Source of the DNA: an uncultured Bacilli bacterium | GTDB lineage: Bacteria; Bacillota_I; Bacilli_A; RF39; UBA660 | DNA: 44,205 nucleotides | Reading direction: 5' to 3' | NCBI GenBank assembly: GCA_944358805.1 | Contig: CALVSD010000001.1 | Location: 1 to 44,205, forward strand | In this document: positions 1 to 9,118 of the stretch, piece after piece | Layout: the number at the start of each line of letters is the position of its first letter | Position numbering within the stretch: the first letter of the stretch is position 1 | Notes under the pieces: model-generated | What the model was told of the DNA's origin: nothing | The model's input: the letters and a program-made list of their open reading frames with translations, nothing else | Database searches by the model: none | Made by a program: the position numbers and the translations under genes

Positions 1-348
1 TATACCTAAAAGTCGGCACCGAAATAGAAGCCGATTATATAAAAAACAAATCACAGCAGTTTAATAGTTCTTATTCACATGATTAAAGTCGAAGTAGAAA
101 GCACTTTTGAACCAATAATAGGATCTGAATTACAAAGTAAAGAATTAATAAATTATCTTACTAAAGATAGTGAATCTTCTAATATTTGGAAATCAGAAAT
201 ATTTGGAAGAAGTTTAGATGCAATTGTTCAAGAAGGAATTCAAGCAAAACTTTCTATGATGCCTGAAAGTATTAGGTATAAGTTAGGTCAAACACTTACT
301 AAAGTAATAAACAAAGGATCATCAAACATGATTGCAATAGTTTTATAA
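1..348 (+). pseudogene. spoIVA: Stage IV sporulation protein A (SpoIVA) 3' remnant; only the last 89 codons (79..348) lie in one open frame
   Basis: ORF 79..348 (MIKVEVESTFEPIIGSE...IFGRSLDAIVQEGIQAKLSMMPESIRYKL...IAIVL) matches the extreme C-terminus of SpoIVA as I recall it from B. subtilis (HMIKVDVESEFAPIIGTE...IFGRSLSSIVREGIQAKLSLMPENARYKL...IAIIL). Frame 1 upstream is closed by TAA 7-9, TAG 25-27 and TAA 40-42. Frame 3 is open from the window edge to TAA 84-86 and reads ..EIEADYIKNKSQQF.., which resembles the preceding SpoIVA segment. This implies a frameshift near 60-80. spoIVA next to hbs/hup also matches B. subtilis synteny. Confidence 0.55.
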
Positions 349-455
349 TTAATTTAGTAAAATTTTAGTAAAAGTATTGATTTTATAAGGTTTTCATGGT
401 ATCTTTATTTAGGAGCATAGATATAATATATGCTTATTAGATGGAGGTATTTAAA

Positions 456-728
456 ATGACAAAAACTGAATTAGTAGATTTTATTGCTGAAGAAGCAGAT
501 TTAACAAAAGCTGATGCTACTAGAGCTTTAGATGCTGTAGTTAAAGGTATCACTGAAGGATTAAAAAAAGAAGGAAAAGTTACATTAGTAGGATTTGGTA
601 CTTTTTCTGCTAAGAAAAGAGAAGCTCGTGAAGGACGTAATCCACAAACTGGAGAAACTGTTAAAATTGCTGCTCGTATCGTTCCAGGATTTAAAGCTGG
701 AAACAAATTAAAAGATGCTTTAAACTAA
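456..728 (+). CDS. hup: HU-family DNA-binding protein
   Basis: MTKTELVDFIAEEADLTKADATRALDAVV...GFGTFSAKKREAREGRNPQTGETVKIAARIVPGFKAG is a classic HU/IHF fold sequence. GGAGG at 444-448 favours the ATG at 456 over the ORF-track start at 441. Confidence 0.95.
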   Translation: MTKTELVDFIAEEADLTKADATRALDAVVKGITEGLKKEGKVTLVGFGTFSAKKREAREGRNPQTGETVKIAARIVPGFKAGNKLKDALN

Positions 729-730
729 AA

Positions 731-755
731 AATAACCTTTCGGTTATTTTTTTAT
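731..755. terminator. Bidirectional intrinsic terminator between hup and the convergent XRE-S24 gene
   Basis: Hairpin AATAACC-TTTC-GGTTATT (731-748) is flanked by an A-run upstream and a T-run downstream. Confidence 0.75.
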
Positions 756-1417
756 TTTACTTCTCTTACTATTGCGGTTACTTTTCCTAAAATCATATCC
801 GTAGAAATAATATTTATATTAATTGTTTGATATTTAGGGTTTAAAGCTTGTAGTATTATTCCTTTAGGATACCTATATAATCTTCTAACTACTAAAACAT
901 CATTTTTAATTGCTATTACTATGTCATCTCCATTTTTATAATCATCTACTTTTTTAAAGTATATTTTATCATTTTTTAAATATAATGGAGACATAGAATC
1001 ATCTAATAATTTTATAGATAATTCTTGTGGTTTAGAAATACTTTCAAAAGAGGCATTTTTATATGTATTAATAATTCTTTCTTCTTTTGGAGTCATCATG
1101 TTATCATCTCTCATGCTATTTACATATCCTTTTATTAGCCTTTTTTCCATTTTACTTCTTTCTTCATCGGTCATTGGTATTTTATCTAAAATATCATCAT
1201 TTATATTAAAAATATGGCATATTTCAAAAAATATATTATATGGAATATTCAAAGTTCCATTTTCATATTTATGAAGAGTTTGTCTATTTTTTTTATGACC
1301 TAATGCTTTGGCTAAATCTTCTAATGAATAATTATATTTAATTCTTCCTTCCTTGATAATATTACCTACAAATGGTTTTAAATTATCACTTACAAGTTCA
1401 GTCTTCCTTGTTCTCAT
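752..1417 (-). CDS. XRE-family HTH repressor fused to an S24 (LexA/CI-like) peptidase domain
   Basis: N-terminal HTH (YSLEDLAKALGHKKNRQTLHKYENG). C-terminal S24 signature LDDSMSP (Ser nucleophile) and ...DVLVVRRLY, where Arg occupies the position of the LexA catalytic Lys (VKRL). GGGAAAGG lies upstream of the ATG at 1417, so the TTG at 1450 in the track is probably an over-extension. Confidence 0.8.
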   Translation of the reverse strand: MRTRKTELVSDNLKPFVGNIIKEGRIKYNYSLEDLAKALGHKKNRQTLHKYENGTLNIPYNIFFEICHIFNINDDILDKIPMTDEERSKMEKRLIKGYVNSMRDDNMMTPKEERIINTYKNASFESISKPQELSIKLLDDSMSPLYLKNDKIYFKKVDDYKNGDDIVIAIKNDVLVVRRLYRYPKGIILQALNPKYQTININIISTDMILGKVTAIVREVK

Positions 1418-1421
1418 TTTT

Positions 1422-2093
1422 TCACAACCTTTCCCTAAAATTATTTGCAATATATATTACATAAGTCCCTAATATTAATATTATTATTTTTATAACATAT
1501 CGTATTACTAAAGACATCATCATTACATACAATGAACTGCTATTGAAATTTGTAATAAGCATAAAAATCATTACTTCAACAAAAGTAAAAATTAGAGCAG
1601 ACATTATGTTACTTATCCATATTTTATTTTTAATTTTTCTAAGTTGGTAATATATATAATTATTTACGTATAAACCTACTATAATAGATATAATATTTGC
1701 TAAAATATATTTTACACTTGAAAATAATATATTGTCATAAGTTAAGGAAGTAATATCGTTAAAATCACTCAAAATCATTCCACCAGAAAGTATTAATAAA
1801 CAAACAAATATAATACTGAAAGTAACTAACATTATCATGTTATTTTTTATATATTCATTACCTTTTTTTTGAATCAATATATTGTTTGCTATATAAATTG
1901 TAGAAGATATTCCTATTCCTAAAGACATGTTAATATTATTAATTTCTATATGTTTAATACACATTAGACTAGAAAGTATAAAAGCAATAACAATCCATAT
2001 ATATATGCCATCTTCTTTATATTTTTTATATGTATACAGTAGAAAAACATAAGAAAAAATCACTTCAAATATCAATAATATTACATTAATCAT
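1422..2093 (-). CDS. Polytopic membrane protein, VUT/DUF165 family (YhhQ-like queuosine-precursor or vitamin transporter), paralog 2
   Basis: About 220 aa and highly hydrophobic. YYQLRKIKNKIWISNIMSALIFTFVEVMIFMLITNF and LVIRYVIKIIILILGTYVIY parallel E. coli YhhQ segments (FNRLRQ..WWLAPTASTLFGNVSDTLAFFFIAF and VDYCFKVLISIVFFLPMY, recalled). The start overlaps the upstream paralog (ATGA). Confidence 0.55.
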   Translation of the reverse strand: MINVILLIFEVIFSYVFLLYTYKKYKEDGIYIWIVIAFILSSLMCIKHIEINNINMSLGIGISSTIYIANNILIQKKGNEYIKNNMIMLVTFSIIFVCLLILSGGMILSDFNDITSLTYDNILFSSVKYILANIISIIVGLYVNNYIYYQLRKIKNKIWISNIMSALIFTFVEVMIFMLITNFNSSSLYVMMMSLVIRYVIKIIILILGTYVIYIANNFRERL

Positions 2094-2749
2094 AGAGACT
2101 TCCTCCTATTAATCATATAATAAATAACAGGGATAAACATAATAGATAAGACTATTTTAAATAAATAATTTCCTAACCCTAATTTTATAGCAGCATCTAA
2201 TCCTATAATTCCAATATTAACTATTATATTAAACAATATACAATCAATAAATCCAATTAAAATTGTAGTTAAAGATATATTAATGAATAATACATCGCTA
2301 CTTTTTTTAATAATATTATAAATTTTATATGTACTATAAAACGATATTACAGTCATAATTGAATATAAAACTAATAATAAAATGTTTTTACTTAACATTT
2401 GATTTAAATTGGTAGTCACCAAGTCGGTTACTGATTGACTATATAAGAGAAACATAATTATTAATATTATAATAAATAATATATAAGAAGAAACCATAAA
2501 AATGTTTTTTTTCATGTCTTTAATATTAAGTTTCTCTGTAAAAATATATATAATTGATAATATTGAAACATAAGGTACTATCATAATGCTAAAATCTATA
2601 TTAAATACATTTACATTTTTAAATAAGAATATTACAGATAATAAATAATATAAAATAAATAAAATCTTTAACCCTGTTTTGTTAAACAAATGATATATCA
2701 AAGGGATACTAATCATACTTAAAATTAACATTATTATAAAAACTATCAT
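2090..2749 (-). CDS. Polytopic membrane protein, VUT/DUF165 family, paralog 1
   Basis: Same architecture as the neighbouring gene. FINISLTTILIGFIDCILFNIIV and LGNYLFKIVLSIMFIPVIYYM match the two C-terminal VUT motifs. AAGGAG RBS, with an extended -10 (TGATATAAT on the minus strand) roughly 30 nt upstream of the ATG, near 2780-2790 (exact position not indexed). Confidence 0.55.
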   Translation of the reverse strand: MIVFIIMLILSMISIPLIYHLFNKTGLKILFILYYLLSVIFLFKNVNVFNIDFSIMIVPYVSILSIIYIFTEKLNIKDMKKNIFMVSSYILFIIILIIMFLLYSQSVTDLVTTNLNQMLSKNILLLVLYSIMTVISFYSTYKIYNIIKKSSDVLFINISLTTILIGFIDCILFNIIVNIGIIGLDAAIKLGLGNYLFKIVLSIMFIPVIYYMINRRKSL

Positions 2750-2799
2750 ATGCGGTTTCTCCTTTTCTCAAATTATTATATCATATTTTTTTAAGATAC

Positions 2800-2838
2800 A
2801 GAAGAAAAACTATACTAGTTTCTCTAAAAGTATAGTTT
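2800..2838 (-). terminator. Intrinsic terminator after the WG-repeat gene
   Basis: On the minus strand, AAACTATAC-(14 nt loop)-GTATAGTTT is followed by TTCTTC. The 9-bp stem lies at 2807-2815 and 2830-2838. Confidence 0.7.
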
Positions 2839-4462
2839 ATCGTTGTGTTATTCTATATAAATATACTATATTATTAATCTTTTTTATAATATATACATTA
2901 TCTGTAACTTCTATTGAACTAATTACATTTTCTTCTAATTTTTTAGAAATTAAATCTTGTTTATAATATATTAAATTTCCTTCTTCTATATCTACAAAGA
3001 AATTTTTATCACTATTATTTTTTATATTTAGTTTTTTTACTGCATCATTTATTATAATGTTACCAGTATCAATATTTAGTATTGAATAATAGTCTCCATT
3101 ATTAGTAGACATTTTTAATAAAACTTCGCTACTAGATACAGTTTCAATATTAATTTTATTGATTTTATATATTTGAATTAATACAAAAGATTTTTTTATA
3201 GATAATCCATCATACACATCTACATAAACTTCATTATTTTTAATATTATAAACTGCATAATAAGTTTTACTCATTTTATTATCAACATTTATTATATCAA
3301 TAAATTCTTCATATTTATATTCTTTTATTCCGTTATCTCTATCTATTATTAATATTTTCCGTGGGATTCCTGCATTTAACATGTCATGTATTGACATTTT
3401 TACATATTCATCATTATATAAAACTTGTTCTAATTGTTCGTTATCATTTAATTTTGTTTCGTATTGTTTATTTAATTTATTATCCATGATATATACTATA
3501 TTATCTTTTGTTAGGATAAAAGTATTGTTATATGCTACTGCACTGTCATAAATAAATTCTACTACTTCTTCATTTTTAGTGTTAACTATTCCATATTTTT
3601 CGTCTTTAGATACCGCAAAATACGATGGTTCTACTTGTTCTACTTTATTAACATCATTATATAATAATGGTATTATTATTTCATTACTATTATTAACTAC
3701 TCCACATTTATTATCTTTACATACTGTTATATAATTGTCATTAGAAATTGATCCACTATAAATATAACCAGGTATGTTTTCTTCGTCTCCTATTCTCGAA
3801 TAGTCACTTAATAAGACCGTATAATCATATATGCTTAATAAATTTACTTTGTCTTCTATTATTTGAATTAAATATTTATCTAAAGTATTATTATTTTCTT
3901 TAACTTTACCAATATAACCGTCTAATTCTTGTATTATCCCATCTTTTGTATTTAATATTATTGACTTGTATTTATTTTCTTCTACTACATTAGCTACGTA
4001 AGTATCATCTTTTATATTAGTAGTAGCAAATGAATTACTATCAATAACATATATAATGTAACTAGATGTTGTATCATAATTATCCTTTAACAATACATAA
4101 TTACCTTCATAATTTGTAATATCTTTTATTAGTTTTCCTTTTCGTTTTATCAATATTTTATTGTCACTAGTAAGTACTCTATAATAATCATCATATCCAT
4201 AAGATATATTATTAAATTCATATAATGCTTCTTCAATAATATTACCATTTATATCCATTATTCCAAACTTACCATTTTTTTCATATGTTAATAACTTTGT
4301 GTTTTCATTTGTTTTTATATCTTCATATCCATCAGGTGTTAAATTTTGATATACTATTTCTTCTTGATACTCATTAATCATCATGTATCCAACAAAACCT
4401 AATAATCCAAATAGGATTATTAAAGTTATTGTCCAAAAAGCAATTCTAGATTTACCAGTCAT
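2837..4462 (-). CDS. N-terminally membrane-anchored WG-repeat (KWG-type beta-propeller-like repeat) protein
   Basis: One TM segment (IAFWTITLIILFGLLGFVGYMMI), followed by repeated units such as EKNGKFGIMDINGNIIEEALYE, KDNKCGVVNNSNEIIIPLLYND and KDEKYGIVNTKNEEVVEFIYDS. GAGGTGA RBS. Confidence 0.6.
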   Translation of the reverse strand: MTGKSRIAFWTITLIILFGLLGFVGYMMINEYQEEIVYQNLTPDGYEDIKTNENTKLLTYEKNGKFGIMDINGNIIEEALYEFNNISYGYDDYYRVLTSDNKILIKRKGKLIKDITNYEGNYVLLKDNYDTTSSYIIYVIDSNSFATTNIKDDTYVANVVEENKYKSIILNTKDGIIQELDGYIGKVKENNNTLDKYLIQIIEDKVNLLSIYDYTVLLSDYSRIGDEENIPGYIYSGSISNDNYITVCKDNKCGVVNNSNEIIIPLLYNDVNKVEQVEPSYFAVSKDEKYGIVNTKNEEVVEFIYDSAVAYNNTFILTKDNIVYIMDNKLNKQYETKLNDNEQLEQVLYNDEYVKMSIHDMLNAGIPRKILIIDRDNGIKEYKYEEFIDIINVDNKMSKTYYAVYNIKNNEVYVDVYDGLSIKKSFVLIQIYKINKINIETVSSSEVLLKMSTNNGDYYSILNIDTGNIIINDAVKKLNIKNNSDKNFFVDIEEGNLIYYKQDLISKKLEENVISSIEVTDNVYIIKKINNIVYLYRITQR

Positions 4463-4517
4463 TATTTCACCTCTATTTTAATTATATTTTAACATAATTA
4501 ATAAAAAAAAGATATAA

Positions 4518-5582
4518 TTATTTTTTCTTTTTGGCAATAATCATATCATAAAATGCTTCTAATCTAGTTTCTATTCCTACCTCACTATCTTGTGAATCAA
4601 AGCTAAAATATATTATAGGAATACTATAATCTTCAGATACTTTTGACAATATTGACATAGCATTTAGTTCAGGAGTACAACCAAAACTTTTTATGTGAAT
4701 TATTCCATCAAATCCTTGTTCTGCTAATTCTTTTGTTAATACAACACTTTCAGTAGCATCTGCTCCTAAATGATATTTTAAATACTTTTTACCTTTCTTA
4801 AGTAATTTTTTTAATTTAGATTTCTTTTGTAATAATAAATATGTTATAGTAGTAAACCTCTTAACTTCTATTCCTTTTAATGCCAATTTTTTTTCAATAA
4901 AACACGAACAATATGGTTCCATTATTGAATACAGTTCTCCTACTATACCTACTTTTAAACAATTTTGTGGTTTATTAATTGGACATTCTCTGTATTCTTT
5001 TCTATATTTATAATATATTTTAAATAATTTAAAAGGATTAATTTCACCTTGAAGTTCTTCGAACAATCTTTTTTCTATTTTATAAAAACTATTTTCTACT
5101 ACTTCAAACCCCATATTTTTACGCATATTTTTTTGTAATTTGTCCATTATTATTATCATTAGTATAGTATTAATCAAATAATAGAAATACTTAAAAATAT
5201 TAAGTTTGGGATTTACCTTTTTAACATATTTGTAAATATTAAATATAGATACTCGATTATTTTTTATAAAATTTACAAACTCTATATTATATCCTAAATC
5301 ATTAAGTATTTGTTCTTGCAATTCAGCATAATACCCATAACGACATCCTCCTCCTGCTTGAAGAATAACATTAGCTCCTAGTTCAATACTTTCGATAAAG
5401 TTACCTAAATTATATTTAAAAGGAACACATACATAATCAGGACTATATTTGCTTCCTAATTCTATTGTTTTTTTAGTTATTTTAGGAGGCACTATAACTT
5501 CACATAAAGTTGTTTTTTTAATCAAATATTTTATCGGTATATAATAATTACCTATATGAGGAAAAGTAATTTTTTTAGTCAT
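4518..5582 (-). CDS. Acyl-CoA dehydratase/activase-related protein (DUF2229-like, second half)
   Basis: FPHIGNYYIPIKYLI...VPPKITKKTIELGSKYSPDYVCVPFKYNLGNFIE...GGGCRYGYY resembles the C-terminal module of BcrAD/BadFG-associated CoA-enzyme activase proteins (YjiM-like). It is translationally coupled to the upstream gene by an 8-nt overlap. Confidence 0.5.
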   Translation of the reverse strand: MTKKITFPHIGNYYIPIKYLIKKTTLCEVIVPPKITKKTIELGSKYSPDYVCVPFKYNLGNFIESIELGANVILQAGGGCRYGYYAELQEQILNDLGYNIEFVNFIKNNRVSIFNIYKYVKKVNPKLNIFKYFYYLINTILMIIIMDKLQKNMRKNMGFEVVENSFYKIEKRLFEELQGEINPFKLFKIYYKYRKEYRECPINKPQNCLKVGIVGELYSIMEPYCSCFIEKKLALKGIEVKRFTTITYLLLQKKSKLKKLLKKGKKYLKYHLGADATESVVLTKELAEQGFDGIIHIKSFGCTPELNAMSILSKVSEDYSIPIIYFSFDSQDSEVGIETRLEAFYDMIIAKKKK

Positions 5583-6498
5583 TTTTTTCCTTCTTTCCTT
5601 TTATTATATCAATAAAACTTTCTAACCTCGTTATAAGTCCTGCTTCTGCTGTTGATTCATCTATTAAAATATTTGTTATAGGAATATTTTGTAATTTTCT
5701 AATTAATAATTCATTTACTAGGGAATCTGGACCACAAGGAAATGATGTTATAAAGATTATTCCATCAACTTTGTCTTTATAATAATTTACAGCTCCGACT
5801 AGTTCTTTAGAATAAGTCCAATATAAAGTATCTGTTAATTCATAAGAATATTTTATTGCTTTTTTTCTATCTAATAAATCTGCATGTATTATTTCTATAT
5901 TCATATTTTTTAAAAATTTTATAATTGGTTCTCCAATATATTTATCATAAATATTATATGGATGAGCTACAACAAGTATTTTTATTTTATTATTATCCAA
6001 TAATTGTTTTTGTTGACTTATAAGAATTTTATTATGTTTTTTCTCTTTTAACTTAGCGGATATATAACTGTAAATTACTTTAAATATATTTTTATTTAAA
6101 ATTAATCCCATTTTTATGAATCCTATGAATTCAAATTTTAATTTAGTTTTTTCAATATTATAATTTAATATATTTACTCTTGGAAACAAGTTTTTAGCTA
6201 TATCATATAAAGCATTAAATTTAACACACACATTATTATTTTTTCCATAATCACAAATTCTTGGTACTAAAATGCAATCGCACTTATCACATAAATACGC
6301 AACATGTCCCATATATATTTTTGATGATAGACACGATTCATCTATTGAATATTTTTTACCCAATTCTATTATTTCTTTATTTGTTTCAGGGCTAACAATT
6401 ATATTACAATTTAACTTTTCAAAAAACTCTTTCCACAACACACTATGACGATAATACAAAAATGCTCTTGGAATCCCTACTTTTATTTTCTTTTGCAT
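5575..6498 (-). CDS. Acyl-CoA dehydratase/activase-related protein (DUF2229-like, first half)
   Basis: KVGIPRAFLYYRHSVLWKEFFEKLNCNIIVSPETNKEIIELGKKYSIDESCLSSKIYMGHVAYL fits the DUF2229 N-terminal pattern (GIPRAL.YY....W..FF..LG......S..T.K.I...G........C.P.K...GHV..L). Confidence 0.5.
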   Translation of the reverse strand: MQKKIKVGIPRAFLYYRHSVLWKEFFEKLNCNIIVSPETNKEIIELGKKYSIDESCLSSKIYMGHVAYLCDKCDCILVPRICDYGKNNNVCVKFNALYDIAKNLFPRVNILNYNIEKTKLKFEFIGFIKMGLILNKNIFKVIYSYISAKLKEKKHNKILISQQKQLLDNNKIKILVVAHPYNIYDKYIGEPIIKFLKNMNIEIIHADLLDRKKAIKYSYELTDTLYWTYSKELVGAVNYYKDKVDGIIFITSFPCGPDSLVNELLIRKLQNIPITNILIDESTAEAGLITRLESFIDIIKGKKEKND

Positions 6499-6557
6499 AA
6501 ATATTCACCTAATTAAATATATGCACTATATCATTATTAATGAAAAAAAGAAGATTT

Positions 6558-6986
6558 TTATTCTTCTTCCATTTCACTATCATCTAATATTGTTAAATCT
6601 GACAAATCATCATCACTATAATCATCTTCTAAAGATGTATCATAGTTTTCTTCTTCTTCATACTCATCTTCTCTTACTTCAGAATCTTCTTCTGTTTCTT
6701 CTTCAGCTTCCTCATATATATCATTAATATCTACTTTTACAGAATGATTTGATTTTAAATCCCATTTACCATCATTTAATAAAATAAATTCTTTTGAAGT
6801 AGTTAATGATTGAAAGAAATCTGCTATCTTCTCTTGATATTCTACTTCACTTAATTGTAATAAATTGCAAATTTCCTTAAATAATTCAGCAGTATTCATA
6901 GTTTTTTTATTTTCTTTAAGATAAAGTTCTGCTATTTTTGTATAAGATAATAATTCTAATTCATCTTTACTCATTTTATTTAACAT
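6558..6986 (-). CDS. rpoE: DNA-directed RNA polymerase subunit delta
   Basis: N-terminal HARE-HTH-like domain (LSYTKIAELYLKENKKTMNTAELFKEI...FFQSLTTSKEFILLNDGKWDLK) followed by a roughly 55-aa Asp/Glu-rich tail. AGGAGG lies 8 nt upstream of the ATG. Confidence 0.9.
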   Translation of the reverse strand: MLNKMSKDELELLSYTKIAELYLKENKKTMNTAELFKEICNLLQLSEVEYQEKIADFFQSLTTSKEFILLNDGKWDLKSNHSVKVDINDIYEEAEEETEEDSEVREDEYEEEENYDTSLEDDYSDDDLSDLTILDDSEMEEE

Positions 6987-6998
6987 TTTAATATCCTC

Positions 6999-8612
6999 CT
7001 ACATTTCTTCTCTTGGAATTATACCAATTAAATCTAAAGCGTTATTAATAACTATCTTAATAGCTGTTATTAACATTATTTTTTCTTTAGTTGATTGTTC
7101 ATCATCTGTTATTATTTTCTCTTTTGCGTAGTAATTGTGAAATAATGCTGCTAATTCATAGACATAGTTTGCTATTAAATGAGGAAGTTTTTTCTCTCCA
7201 GCACTTATTACTATATCTTCAAATTCATATAATTTATTCAAGATAGTATATGTAATGTCGTTACCTAAAGTTCTATATTCTTCGATCTTATCTACTTTCT
7301 TATGATAATTTCTTAAAATAGAAGCTATTCTAGCATTAGCATATTCTATATAATAAACTGGATTATCATTTGATTCTTTCAATGCTAAATCTAAATCAAA
7401 ATCCATTTGAGTATCTATACTTTTAGATGCAAAGAAATATCTTGTTGCATTTACTCCTACTTCTTCAATTAAGTCGATTAATGTTACTGTTTTTCCTGTT
7501 CTTTTACTTAATTTTAACTCTTCTCCATCTTTTATTAATCTAACCATCTGAAGTATTTTGATATTTAAAATATCTTTATTATTACCTAAAATTTCTAAGG
7601 CTGCTTTTATCCTGTTAATATATCCATGATGATCAGAACCTAAAACATCTATTAACTCATCAAAACCTCTATCTATTTTATTAACATGATATGCAATATC
7701 GGGAAGTAAATATGTATAATTACCATCATTTTTTATAAGTACTCTGTCCTTTTCATCTCCATAATCAGAAGTTTTTAGCCATAAAGCTCCTTCACTAATA
7801 TAACAATTACCACTGTTTTTAAGTTTATTTAATACAGTATCTACCATTCCTCTGTCATACAGACTTTGTTCACTAGTAAACACGTCAAAATTAACACGAT
7901 ATTTATCTAAATCTTTTTTTATTTTATCTAGTAAAATATCTAAGCCTTCTTTTCTAAAAAAGTATATATCTTCATCTAACTTATTATCTTTATAATTGTC
8001 ATATATCTTTTCAGCAATAGTAATTATTTCTTTACCATGGTAGCCATCTTCTGGTAACTCACATTTTAACCCACATAATTCTTTATATCTTTCTTTTATA
8101 GATATTCCTAAATTATTCATTTGATTACCAGCATCATTTATATAATACTCTCTTGTTACATCATAACCAATAAAACTTAATATTCTAGATAAATTATCTC
8201 CATAAGTAGCACCTCTTCCGTGACCTACATGAAGTATTCCTGTTGGATTAGCACTTACATATTCTAAATTAATTTTTTTATTATTTCCTATATTACTTTT
8301 TCCATAGTCTCTACCTTTATAAATTATTTCATTAAGTCTATTTAATAAATATTTCTTACTTACAAAAATATTAATAAATCCTGGTTTTACAACTTCTAAT
8401 CTCTCTATTTTATCGTCGCTTATATTTTCCACAATCATATTAGCTATGTCTATAGGACTTTTTCCTAAATCTTTAGTTAATGTTAATGCAATATTAGTGG
8501 AATAATCTCCATTTCTTTTATCTTTAGGAATTTCTACAATTACTTCTTTTTCTATATTTAACTTATTTAAACTACATTTTATGATATGTCCTATTTCAGT
8601 TTTTATACTCAT
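6999..8612 (-). CDS. argS: Arginine--tRNA ligase
   Basis: SANPTGILHVGHGRG (HIGH region), GSDHHGY, KLSKRTGK (KMSK-like), and ANYVYELA...FH.FY in the anticodon-binding domain. The start is either the ATG at 8612 (weak GAGTGA RBS) or the GTG at 8621 given in the ORF track. Confidence 0.93.
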   Translation of the reverse strand: MSIKTEIGHIIKCSLNKLNIEKEVIVEIPKDKRNGDYSTNIALTLTKDLGKSPIDIANMIVENISDDKIERLEVVKPGFINIFVSKKYLLNRLNEIIYKGRDYGKSNIGNNKKINLEYVSANPTGILHVGHGRGATYGDNLSRILSFIGYDVTREYYINDAGNQMNNLGISIKERYKELCGLKCELPEDGYHGKEIITIAEKIYDNYKDNKLDEDIYFFRKEGLDILLDKIKKDLDKYRVNFDVFTSEQSLYDRGMVDTVLNKLKNSGNCYISEGALWLKTSDYGDEKDRVLIKNDGNYTYLLPDIAYHVNKIDRGFDELIDVLGSDHHGYINRIKAALEILGNNKDILNIKILQMVRLIKDGEELKLSKRTGKTVTLIDLIEEVGVNATRYFFASKSIDTQMDFDLDLALKESNDNPVYYIEYANARIASILRNYHKKVDKIEEYRTLGNDITYTILNKLYEFEDIVISAGEKKLPHLIANYVYELAALFHNYYAKEKIITDDEQSTKEKIMLITAIKIVINNALDLIGIIPREEM

Positions 8613-8991
8613 ACTTATCACTCATTTCTATATTATATTCATATTCATTATCAGAATCAATTACCAAGTATCTTACTTTTATATAATTATCATCTATTTC
8701 TACTAAATTAGTTTTTATATTTAATTCAATAGTTAAATCATTTTCTTTTAGTAAATATTCTGAAATTGTTTCTTTATTTATATCAAATATTAATATATTT
8801 TTAAACTCATCATTTTCTCTTATTAATATTAATTTATCTTCTTCTTGTAATATTGTATTAGTAACTGTTTCTTCATTATAGGTTATTTTATTTTTGTTTT
8901 TTATTCCAAAAGTATCAATATTTGTTATTGTTCCTTCATCTATGTCTTTTAAAAATCCTTTTATTCTAATTTTTATATCATTCACCACCAA
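8596..8991 (-). CDS. Small beta-barrel protein of the YwiB/DUF1934 type (assigned mainly by synteny upstream of argS)
   Basis: 131 aa, overlapping the argS start. In B. subtilis, ywiB immediately precedes argS. The start codon is uncertain (TTG at 8991). Confidence 0.45.
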   Translation of the reverse strand: MVVNDIKIRIKGFLKDIDEGTITNIDTFGIKNKNKITYNEETVTNTILQEEDKLILIRENDEFKNILIFDINKETISEYLLKENDLTIELNIKTNLVEIDDNYIKVRYLVIDSDNEYEYNIEMSDKYEYKN

Positions 8992-9118
8992 ACATAAATT
9001 TCATTTGACATTATATCACAATATTTATAAAATTTAAACTTATATTTTAATTTTTTTGATAAATAATAATTATGTATAATAAAAATACTAATTTTACAAT
9101 GAAAAGTGGGGAATTTAT

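Noticed and set aside
437-706. 89-aa minus-strand ORF opposite hup
   Set aside because: It lies entirely antisense to a very well-supported HU gene, has no RBS, and its composition is typical of a shadow frame.
752-2749. Prophage or integrative-element remnant suggested by the CI-like XRE-S24 repressor
   Set aside because: No integrase, excisionase, Cro-like divergent gene, att-like repeats or phage structural genes are present. The repressor is co-directional with the transporter genes.
2750-2836. preQ1 or other riboswitch upstream of the VUT (YhhQ-like) transporter operon
   Set aside because: The interval holds the terminator of the upstream gene and an extended -10 promoter, leaving only about 25 nt of leader. 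That is too short for any known riboswitch aptamer.
6521-6727. 68-aa His/Leu-rich plus-strand ORF
   Set aside because: It is antisense to the acidic GAA/GAT-rich tail of rpoE. The H/L/F-rich low-complexity translation is the expected mirror artefact.
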